A stretch of DNA of 35,074 bases from Octopus bimaculoides (lineage: Eukaryota), in contig NC_068983.1 in NCBI RefSeq assembly GCF_001194135.2, positions 149,171,932-149,207,005 on the forward strand, given 5' to 3'. The notes under the pieces were generated by a model. The model was not told the DNA's origin, ran no database searches, and saw only the letters and a program-made list of their open reading frames with translations. Both the position numbers and the translations under genes were made by a program. Below, one piece after another: positions 21,795 through 31,625 of the stretch. Position 1 is the first letter of the stretch; each line of letters starts with the position of its first letter.

Positions 21795-22862
21795 ATGAAA
21801 CAGTCACTTGAAGAAATTATAAAGTTTGTGAACGATGAGGCAACAAGAACACTCTTACCACTGATTATTACCTTATTCTTCATTATGGTGATGGGTGTAA
21901 TTGGTAACTGCTTAGTCGTCTTTATCTATAAGTTCAAACTACCTCTCACACCGTCAAGTTTGCTGGTGGTTTACTTGGGTTGTAATCAGATTGTGGACAG
22001 CATAATATGTATGCCAATGGATATTTTTATTCTTTTTCATTCGTATAATTTCCCAGATGATCGTCTTTGTCGTTTTATGCAATCTTTCATTTTCGCAACG
22101 TCTACTGTGTCAGGATTGATCATAGTTGTAATAGCTGTGGATCACTTTAAAAAGATTTGTCGGCCATTAAAGCGACAGTTTACAAAACAAGATGTCAACA
22201 AAATTATCTGCATAAACATTGCAATAATATTTCTGATTGTGCCCATGCACATTTTTGTAAGTGGAGTCAGGCAAGTTCGCACATTCCATGGAAATGTAAC
22301 AGGTACTACGTGCTCTATTTCCGATAAGAATAGTCCAGTCTTTCCACTCGCTTACTTTATCTTTCTGTTACTTGTATTTTCGATGTTAGTTACAGTGTTC
22401 ATTGTAATCTACACTATGACCATTCAGAAACTGAGGAAATACAATAAACAAAGGGAATTATTATTGATCGGTAGACTATCACGAGAAACTTGGTTAAATT
22501 CTGTCAGACCCTCGACAACTGAAGGAATTTCAGAATCGGATAAACAAAATTCCACTACTTCACAAGAGCAATGTTATAAAAGATATTATGACGTAACCCA
22601 TATCACACTGAATATGCTTTGCATAACTCTCTCATGGTGTTTCAGCTTTCTCCCTCATTTTGTACTAACTTTCATAACTGCAGAAATTATTTTCGAGAGA
22701 CAGTTTATGCATAAATCAAGAGATTCTTTGGTAAACTTAACTTTGAATTCTTATTATATAAACAATATAACTATCCCAATACTTTACATAATCTTCAACC
22801 GATCTTTCAGGCAGGAAGTTATGAAATTCTTTAAAAAAATATGCTTTGTGCAACAGATGTAA
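21795..22862 (+). CDS. Class A (rhodopsin-like) 7TM GPCR, orphan, peptide-receptor-like; 355 aa from first ATG, possibly extended upstream via an acceptor at 21736-21737
   Basis: Uninterrupted ORF with seven hydrophobic segments. TM1 GVIGN, TM2 ...IICMP, TM3 LCRF...AVDHFKKICRP, ECL2 NVT sequon and TTCS cysteine, TM5 IVIY, Ser/Thr-rich ICL3, TM6 SFLPH, TM7 NNITIPILY, helix 8 NRSFRQEV. The ORF-track start at 21774 is TTG; the first ATG is at 21795. Confidence 0.93.
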   Translation: MKQSLEEIIKFVNDEATRTLLPLIITLFFIMVMGVIGNCLVVFIYKFKLPLTPSSLLVVYLGCNQIVDSIICMPMDIFILFHSYNFPDDRLCRFMQSFIFATSTVSGLIIVVIAVDHFKKICRPLKRQFTKQDVNKIICINIAIIFLIVPMHIFVSGVRQVRTFHGNVTGTTCSISDKNSPVFPLAYFIFLLLVFSMLVTVFIVIYTMTIQKLRKYNKQRELLLIGRLSRETWLNSVRPSTTEGISESDKQNSTTSQEQCYKRYYDVTHITLNMLCITLSWCFSFLPHFVLTFITAEIIFERQFMHKSRDSLVNLTLNSYYINNITIPILYIIFNRSFRQEVMKFFKKICFVQQM

Positions 22863-22879
22863 TAAACCAGAAGAATAAA
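22861..22879 (+). promoter_or_regulatory. Two candidate polyadenylation signals directly after the GPCR stop
   Basis: AATAAA at 22861-22866 (overlapping the TAA stop) and at 22874-22879. AT-rich DNA makes chance matches likely. Confidence 0.35.
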
Positions 22880-22889
22880 AACAATGTCT

Positions 22890-23410
22890 GATTTTTGTTA
22901 TGTAGCTCTAGATCAGCCTTCATCAAGTCTGCCTGGGGTTAATGGTTGACAGATCGGTGCAATCTACAGAATCATTGTTTCAGATATACCAAATCTCTGT
23001 CTAGTTGAGGATCATATTGTGTATTCATTCATAAAGTGTTTTATCTTATTGGGCATTACCTAGTTACCCTATACTATCTATTTTTTCCAGTATGCCTTTA
23101 AGTTCTTGTACTATACAAAGTTAAAGCAAACAATGTAAACAGGTCGGAGCGAGGTAGTTTATGTTCCTCTGCACTTATTGAAACAATGTATATCCCAGTG
23201 TATTTGGACTAATGAAATATTTTTCAGCTATGTTTGTGTATATATGTTGATGCGTTTATGTTTGGTTTAAATGAGTAGGAGGGAATTAAATTAGGGTGGT
23301 ATTGCATTAGTACCCTGAACATTGTGGATTTGTATTGGTATTTGATGATGATTGCGCATTCAGTGACAAGGATAGAACTCAAGTGAGTAATCTTTAAAAT
23401 ATTTTGAATA
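22890..23410 (-). mobile_element. Very decayed CR1/L2-like RT fragment
   Basis: Minus-strand pieces FISPNTLG (cf. ISPxQHGF) and LEKIDSIG*LGN..IKHFMN (cf. LLxKLxSxGIxG..WIxxFL). Confidence 0.35.
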
Positions 23411-23414
23411 TTTA

Positions 23415-26400
23415 TTGGACTTTCTCGTCACTACGACGAATAGGAGTCCAGCAAGACCCAACTACACAGTATTCTAAGTTCGAAGTTTTGTTGTATCCTA
23501 TGTGAGAATTGAGACTTGTTTAGGATTTTCAGTCGTGATGCCCATCATTTGAGGTTAGACTTGACTCGGTTCTACGCTGGGCTCTTTTCTTCTACTGGGT
23601 ATAACTTCTAGCTACCTCAAAGTCAGAGATGACTTGGTAACAATAGTTTCTCTGCTGGGATTTATTCAGTGCTTCCGATTCCTATTAGCTCCTCAGAGTA
23701 TTCTTATAATGAAGTCGTGGGCGACCTTGGTCTCTAGCACTAGAACTAAGCTGACCATAGAAAGGGACTTTGGGTGAGCGTCTTCCAAGCGTACCACATG
23801 GCCAACCCACTTCAGTTGCGCTTTGATAAGAAAACTTTCTATTCTCAAAATCCTCTGTGTTGAGGTCTTTGTCCTATCACTTTATGCTGCAAAGTGAATG
23901 AAGGCAGCGGAGATTGGATGAGTTCAGCCATTTAATATGGTGCCCGTAGAGGGTCTATGTTTCACAGCTATATAGGAGAGCAGTAAGTACTCCTGACTTC
24001 ATCACTTTGATCTTTGTGACCAGGCAGAAGCCATGATCTAGCCTCAATCTGTTCTGAAGTCTACCGAAATATGAGTTTGCCTTAGACAATCGCTGGATGG
24101 TTTCTTCGTTCAGCTGGACATTGTTTTACAGAATGCTTGCCAGATTAGTGGAATTTTGGCACATTATTTAAAGGGTATTGTCTCCCATAGCAATAGGATC
24201 TTGTTTTGGATGTCCAGGTGCTGGCTGATGCAAGACCTCAGTCTTCCTCAGGTTGACATTTAGCCCGAAGAATTTGGCAACATTAGCAAAACAGTCAACC
24301 AATGTTGGATGTTCTATAGAGAGAGTATTATCAGAGCACAAGCATCTCCAAATAGAAACTCCCTCAGAAAACGTTCTTTGACTTTGATGTTGGCTCTAAG
24401 ATATTGTAAATTGAAAATGTTGCCATTTGTCCTAAACTGGATATGCACACCTTCGTCATCATCTCTAAATGTGATTTGCAGCATAGCTGAGAAGTAGATT
24501 ACAAACAAAGCAGGAGCCATTACACAGTCGTGCTTGGTTGCATTCTTTACATGAAATGTACAAGAAATTGAACCACCTACCATCACAGAAGCCATTATAT
24601 TACTGTAGAATAACTTTATTACTGTGACCACCTTTTTTCTGCACACAAACTTGTGCGGGACTTTCTGGAGTTCATCACGGTTTATCAAATCAAATATTTT
24701 TGTTTAATCAACAAGACTGTGTACGTGTCCTAGTTCTGCTCCTTGACCTTTTCCTGGACCTGTCATGGTGAAAATATATCAATTCTTCTTCTACCACGAA
24801 GAAAACCGTGATACGAGTTACGCAGTGTACACAACGTGAAGAATGGTCCTGTTAAGTAAGACTAACAAGTACTTTCCCGGCAGTGGATAAGTATGACATG
24901 GCCCGATGGTTGCCGCAACAGTACACTTTGCTTTTTCGCTTGTGTAGATGTACTAAGGAATCATTGTCCTGGAAAAGTTTGTAAACCTCGCCTGGCATGC
25001 TGTCAGAGCCTGCTGTTTTATAGCTTTTTGCAATTCTGACGGGGACGGCTCCAAGTCAAGCTGATCCAAAACAGTGTGTTGTGGGAGGGAATCAATGTTG
25101 TCATTCATTACTGTTGACATCAGGTTTAGGACTGTGCTGTAGTGCTCTTCCCATTGAAAGAGATGTTATTATTGTTTGTAAGTAACTGGGTACCGTCTGA
25201 CGTGAGAACTGGTATAGTTCTATGGAACTTGGGAGACACAGATTGCCTTGAGACCATCATAGTAGGTCTACCTGCTATCAGCAGTTTAGATGACATTTTT
25301 ACATCAGATGTTTGGTTTGTAACGCGTGTTTCGCCTGTTGATGATACCTGGACTTCAGTTTTGCTGATGATTTGACTGAGATGTCAAATCCCTGATTTTT
25401 TTCTCATCAAACTAGTTTTGATTTTTATGCTTGGTTGAACCAAAAACCTCAGTCGCCGTCACATTTTAAGTTGCTTTAAACTCCCCCGGTATTTTTCATT
25501 ACAGAGTGCCATCTAATACGCTGTCCATAGCTTTGTCCACAATCTGCCCTAGTTCAGTGAACGTTTCTTGTTCCTTGAATGCAGATATATTGAACCTCTT
25601 CACAGATGTGGCTGTGTATCTAAGTTGTTTGGCCGTAAGCTTTAAGTATATGACGCTCCTAACAAGCCTGTGATTTGACCAGTAATTTGCACATCTATGT
25701 GATCTAGTACTGTAAACATCCTTTTGGTCACTCTGCCGTACAATTGCATAGTCTATCAGATGCCAATATTTTGATCTATGGTGCATCCAGGTTCATTTGT
25801 GGTTGTTGGAAGATTATTTTAATAATTGTTAGTTTGAACTCTCATCATTTTGTCTGATGGAGTGACAATTAGAGTTCTCCTTTCCAATTCCCTGCTTCCA
25901 TAGTACTCCCTTCTATGTACTCACCCTTACCAACTCCTCTAATTACTCTACTCAAGTCATCATAGAAGACTTCTTTGAATGGTTGGGGTATAGGCACTTC
26001 TGATAGTAGCATTCTAGTTAATTGTTAATTCCGAGTGCAACATCATGAGACAGTCATTGACTTCTTTTGGCAGTAAGTTGAGCTTGTTAACCGGCTGAGC
26101 TTGTATGGCAAAACCTTCACCTGCTTGTCCGGGCTCCTCTTTGGACTTACCCATTAGACCAGTCATGCGCTCTGATCTGTGTCCCAACGTTCTATGAGCC
26201 ACAAATCAATCTCCTAGTTTTTGAGTTGTGTCAAAGTTGACAAGTTTTTCCTGGTTCTTCGACTGCATTATTGAGTGACCAGCAAATTAATGGCCTGGCA
26301 ATTAAGGTTCAAGTGCAGCAGGCTTTTTTTAGGGTTCTTTTTCAGTCGACTGTCTCTGGATTGGGGAGAGCAGTGTTGCCCTTTAATTAAGTCTGCTCTG

Positions 26401-26950
26401 TCACCTAAAGAGGATACGAAATCCTCATCAGCTCTAAGTGGAAAACGACTATACCATCACACTGTGACCTTCTGCGTGCAAGGTCACAGCTGTAGACTTC
26501 CAGTTGCATCCTCTACTTCTTCGTTGCCACTTTCCCTATCGCCACTGGACTTAAGAAGAAAGTGTGGCGGTATTGGTGCTGGTGTTTTGGTTTTCTGAAC
26601 TTGAATGATGAGTATTATTATAGCTGTCATGGTTTGTGCGGAGTCAGTTCTACTCTCTCGTCATTCAAGCTTATATTGGTCTAGTGAAACAAGTGCTACG
26701 ATTGCAGTAGTAATCAGGATGCAGCGTTTGTATGCTGTTACCTTCTAAAGAACTGGCTTTAAACTGAATCCAATAATGTGGCCCTGGCCCAGGAATTCCA
26801 AGATTTTGATGAGTGTGGTACCACTCTCAGCCACTACTTTTCTCAATACTCTGAGTCAGAGTAGTAGCACCTGCCAAGATCCCAGCTAAAGGTTAATTAG
26901 AATGGTATTGAAATTGCCTCCAGGAGACGGTCACTCACAAATTTTGTATA
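23415..26950 (-). mobile_element. RTE-BovB-like LINE, near full-length, decayed (5' UTR, APE endonuclease, RT, C-terminus)
   Basis: APE: GKSKEEPGQAGEGFAI...LPKEVNDCLM, WMHHRSKYWHLIDYAIVR...NHRLVRS. RT: FDLINRDEL...GSISCTFHVKNATKHDCVMAPALFVIYFSAML...LREFLFGDACAL. Also QLKWVGHVVRLED and a 3' end CGTCGTAGTGACGAG. The 5' boundary is approximate. Confidence 0.85.
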
Positions 26951-26974
26951 TAAGTATGAATTTTTGCATGTGTC

Positions 26975-27160
26975 ATAGGTTTGTACCTGTGTTTCGTGTG
27001 TATGTATCTGCATTTGCATGAGTGTGTTCATCCGTGTATCTGTCTATGCGTTTCTCAGTGTGTATATATAATGTGTGTGTGTGTATGTGTGTGTGTGTGT
27101 GTGTGTCTGTGCGTGTGTGTGTCTGTGTGTCTGTGTGTCTGTGTGTCTGTGCGTGCGTGC
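26975..27160. repeat. (GT)n/(GTGTCT)n microsatellite
   Basis: Direct reading. Confidence 0.9.
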
Positions 27161-27939
27161 AGTAGCTTTCGGTGCAACTGATAATGTCTAATCGAGTACA
27201 ACCTTGTCGTAGGCGAGTAAGACAGCACCCTGTCAGATTAGCATGGTGAAGAACGTGGCTACAAACCCAACAGAATAAAAACAAAACTTGGCAAAAGGAA
27301 AGATGACTAGCATATGGTCAACGGCTATCTTGCAATAGACATACTGGAGGTGGTGAACGAGTATGCTGTAAGACTTGACACAACGTCTATCTAGAAAGAA
27401 AGTTAGATCTCCTTAGCCGTAGAAGGAGTTAGCTATTTACACTACCCTGCTATACTATGGATAAGTCCAGGAAAACAAACACCATAAAAGTACATTTCGA
27501 AAGAAAAACAAATTTTAGCGGTCATATTTAAGGTAGATTTTATCGGATTAGATTTTTAGTAGCTTCTTGCAGCTGGGAAAAAGTACCAGTCGTCTTGCCC
27601 TACCTGGCACTGAGAATTGAAAACAGTAAATATAAATTTAGCCGTAATCTCCAGCAATATGGCTAAAGAATTTTTTGGTTTTATGAGTAGGCCTTGTCGT
27701 TGCGATGTTTTGGCTAGCAGGGTCATCCACGACAATGAAATACTTTCTCCTCCGTAGTTTTCTCACTTGTGAATGCACGTTGCTGGTTGTTCTATTGGCA
27801 CTAGCAGCTGCGATTACCTGGTCGCCTGTGCGGGTACGCACTCTGTTGTTGCAGTCTTTAAAACAATACAGTCATAAAAGTATCTGCACTTGAACAAGAG
27901 AGCGGTTATCATTGAATTCGATGGACAAACTTAAGCGAA

Positions 27940-28150
27940 TGTGTATGCGTCTTTGTATATGTATGTATGTGTGCGTGTGTCTGCGTGTGTGTGGTGGGAT
28001 ATGTGCATGCGCGTGTGTGTGTGTGTGCGTGTGCGTGGGCGTGTGCGTGTGTGTGTGCATGTCCGTATGTGAGTGGGCATGTGTATTTGTGTGTATATGT
28101 ATGTGAGGGCGGAAATGTACGACAGTATATGCCTCTTTTTTGTGTGTGTG
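27940..28150. repeat. Degenerate (GT)n/(GC)n microsatellite
   Basis: Direct reading. Confidence 0.9.
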
Positions 28151-29189
28151 TCAATATAAATTACTTCTCTGAAATATTTATAAACGTGACGTCAGTAGAA
28201 CTTGGGAACTAAGGGAGAATACTGGTAAAGGGAGGTAACCAAGTGCTTACACAAGGGAAATAATTTCAGTACCTAAAATATATACAGTAAGTATATCGTA
28301 ACGGATCGAAAATTATATCCCACCACCTTATTGATGAAATCGTGCTACTACACAATTCTGAAGGGTACACAGATAAGCCTTTTCTTCTCAATGTCAAAAA
28401 TATTCCATTGCAGAATTATAGTTTTCAGTAACGTGTTTTCATACAAATTGTATATACATTAGTAGAATATATAATTGATTCCGAATGATGATTTCAAAAA
28501 ATAAACACGGAATATGAAGCGAAATAAACAGTGGTACTGAAATTACTCAGACAAGGTTAGCATAAACTATCTTAAATAACTCTTATTATAACGAAGAATG
28601 GGATGATAAACGAGAAAATAAGATATAGGATTGATTCTGAAATAAACGATAAAAAAAACCCCACTTATTTAATATGAATGAATCGATAGATAATAAATAA
28701 GCAAATAAATAAGATGCCATTCTTCCATGCACCATCAGGGATTTAGTCTTAACTGCTTGTCTAGTATTTTAGAACTGGATGACAGTTTAAAAGAAGGAAA
28801 TACAACTGCATCTTGGGAACCGTGTCTGTATTGAATTTTGTAGTTGTTACATCTATCATCATCATTATCGTCATCATCACCATCAACAGAGAGCATGAAT
28901 GGATAGAGTAAGGGACAGCCAACAGGTAATATTCTATACTCAACATTACACTCTATCTGCAGCCAGAATATTGTACCGTCGACTCCTCCAGATCACTTAT
29001 CTGTAAACAGCTACTGCAGAACGGAAACAAGTCGCAAGTTCGAGCAGTGACCTCTTTGTGCATTCAAAAAGTGATTTGTGAGATTGTTGTGCCGAGTTTA
29101 TTTCCTCCCGTGGGCAAATGTATTATAGACCAGTATTTTATGCAAATGGATATCTGTCTCTCATCTACTGAACACTATAAAAACTAGAA

Positions 29190-29340
29190 ATAAGCAGCAA
29201 GAATTGTAAATCATTGTGTTCAAATCCTACCGAGATAAATTTTATCAGGGTCAATAAAGTATTAGTTAAATGCTGGGGTCCGTTTAATTGACTAATCCTC
29301 TCTTCTGGAAGTTCAGGCCATTTTTCCTATGTTATAAACG
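29190..29340 (+). mobile_element. Old degraded family B SINE
   Basis: GTTCAAATCCTACCGAG...GGGTCAATAAAGTATTAGTTAAATGCTGGGGTCCGTTTAATTGACTAATCC aligns loosely with 12485-12585. Confidence 0.55.
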
Positions 29341-30762
29341 ATTATATGTTAAATGACTCACAGGCATATGGAGTAATCACATGAAATATCTCAAGTATGG
29401 AGTGAATCTACTTTACATATCCAACTGGTCAGCAAAGTATTTCATGACACTCCCACTTGCTGCTTTAGATAAAGAAAAACAGGCAAATAAATCTAAATAA
29501 ACTTACAAGACGGTTTATCAGAAAAAATGTCTTGGTTTAAAACTATATAAATTCTAGGTGTGTTTATATTCACGCCTGTAAAATGTTGTAGGAAAGAACA
29601 ATGAAACATAAGCACTAAGAATCGGTACGCAAAAAATATTCAAACATGATGCAAATTAGCGATTAATATTTTCTCACCAAAACAGATAAATAAATAGGAA
29701 GAATAGCAACCCTACTCCAAAGTAAGCTAAAAAAGAAAAAAGTTTGGGTTCCAAAAGACACGAAAGAAAAGGAGGCAATATGGAGACAGAGGTGCCCATA
29801 TGTATCGAGGAAAAGAAAAATAGCCATACAAGTATGCTCCCCAGAAGAATATTATTGCCGCCCAATATGAGGTGGTTGGCAACTGAGATGACAGTGAACT
29901 TGAGACCGACTAACAACAAGCGTTAGACGCTTAAAGTATAGTGGTTTTGATTTAGTTGGAGGAGTATTTGGAAATTGGTAGTTGAGATCAAATCCGCAGA
30001 ACTACTTGAATTCCAAAATTAAAATGTAAAAGCTACTCACCTCAGAGAAAATCCTACATATCCCAATCTCATTCAAGTGAGTGTATCCGATAAGAATTGT
30101 GGTGGATCAGATGTACATAAAGCAACACGAACCACCAAGAAAACTTTATGCCCTCAAGTAAATGAGCTTTTCAACCTCTTGCTATCAACTCCACAATTGC
30201 ATCAAAAGCAGCAGTCACAGATGCAGAAGATGCAGCAAGTAGAGTAACAAAAAAAACAAACAACACTGAGTGCCACCATCATTGAAATAACACACAGACG
30301 TGAACTCTCCCAAAATGCAATATCAACAAAACAAACTTATATATTTCGTATGTGTATTTCGTGTGCAAGATTATTGATGTGGATACTTATATACTCATGC
30401 AGCAACTAGCCTCTTTCCTTCTCCTCTTCGTCCTCCCACTACTACTCCCACTTTTCATTAACTGATGAGAAAAAAGGTGTTTAGAGGAAGGTGTGGCGTC
30501 ATTATGAAGGGCAAGAAGCAAGCAACAAACGGTCATCGTTCCATCACAAAAAATATAAACAAGATCCACCGCTAGAACCACAACAACATCGATAGCAATA
30601 AAACAGCTAAACTCACCATCTCATAATCAACAGCAACATCACCAACCACGAAACAAGAACAACTGGAGTGAGCAGAGATGAGTTGCTCTAACTCCTTACT
30701 GCTTTTGTGAGCTCTTACAAATATATCTGTTAATGTATATGTATATTTTCATGTATGTGAAC

Positions 30763-31230
30763 ATATATCACTGTATATCAGTATCGACCAGACCATCAGA
30801 TGTTATTGTACACCGCTGGTCACAATGAGCTTCCAGTTCTGTTTTAATTATGCCATTCTTTCATTATTTTCTATCTTGACTCAACTGTTTGACTAAATTG
30901 TCTTCCCATTGATGTGGAAGCCTTCCAAGTGGCCTCTTCCGATCTCTTGGATACCACTCGACAACTGTGCTGGTCCACCTGTTGTCTGCCCCAGTAGAAC
31001 TTGTGCTTTCAGTGTTCTGCGATTACATGTTCTGCGGTTACTTCGTTCACTCCTCTCCTTTCTCGAATTATCTCATTTCGAATATGTTCTCGTAATGATA
31101 TTCCAAGCGTGGATCTTTCCATGTCACTTTCCGTCGTAGCCAATCGATGTTCTATCTTCGTAGTAGTCCACGTCTCATAATAGCGCAGGTAGAACGGTGC
31201 TATTGGAAGTACAGTCAAACTGCTCAGAGA
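30763..31230 (-). mobile_element. RTE-1-type LINE 3' end
   Basis: FNSTVLPAL..ETWT..KIEHRLATTESDMERSTLGISLREHIRNEIIRERRGV, then RWT..VVEWYPRDRKRPLGR.PHQWED and a short CAGTGATA-type repeat tail. Confidence 0.8.
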
Positions 31231-31244
31231 TGCGAACACTGAAT

Positions 31245-31625
31245 GAACAACATAAATAGTTCTTCTATCACCACCAGAAAGAGTTCGAGCTGAGAAAGGT
31301 GTCAAGCAAGGACACACCATCTCTCCAAAGCCCTTTACTGCATATCTAGAAATGATTATCAGGGACACTGACTGGACAGAATGCACAGACATCAACGGTG
31401 AGCAACTAACACATCTATTTGCAGATGAGATTGTACTCATCGCTGAAACCAGAGACCAGATGCAGATCATGCTGACACAGCGGAACACTCATGTCGGAAG
31501 ACATAGCACAAGGCCGAATAGAAGTGGGAAGCGATGAAATCGAGAAGGCAAAATAGTATGTCTACTTCGGTTACACAGTGAATATGCACCAAGATATGGA
31601 TGATGACACCTCAGAGAGAATTATT
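31245..31625 (+). mobile_element. RTE-1-type RT segment in opposite orientation to the adjacent 3' end (inverted 5' part)
   Basis: EKGVKQGHTISPKPFTAYLEMIIRD..W...DINGEQLTHLFADEIVLIAET..QMQ.ML, then DEIEKAK*YVYFG...DMDDDTSERI. Confidence 0.8.

Noticed and set aside
28772-29060. Possible short plus-strand exons (acceptor at 28772, donor at 28926) and an Asp-rich minus-strand frame
   Set aside because: Frames stop quickly, the acidic run is a (CAT)n microsatellite, and no consistent gene model emerged.
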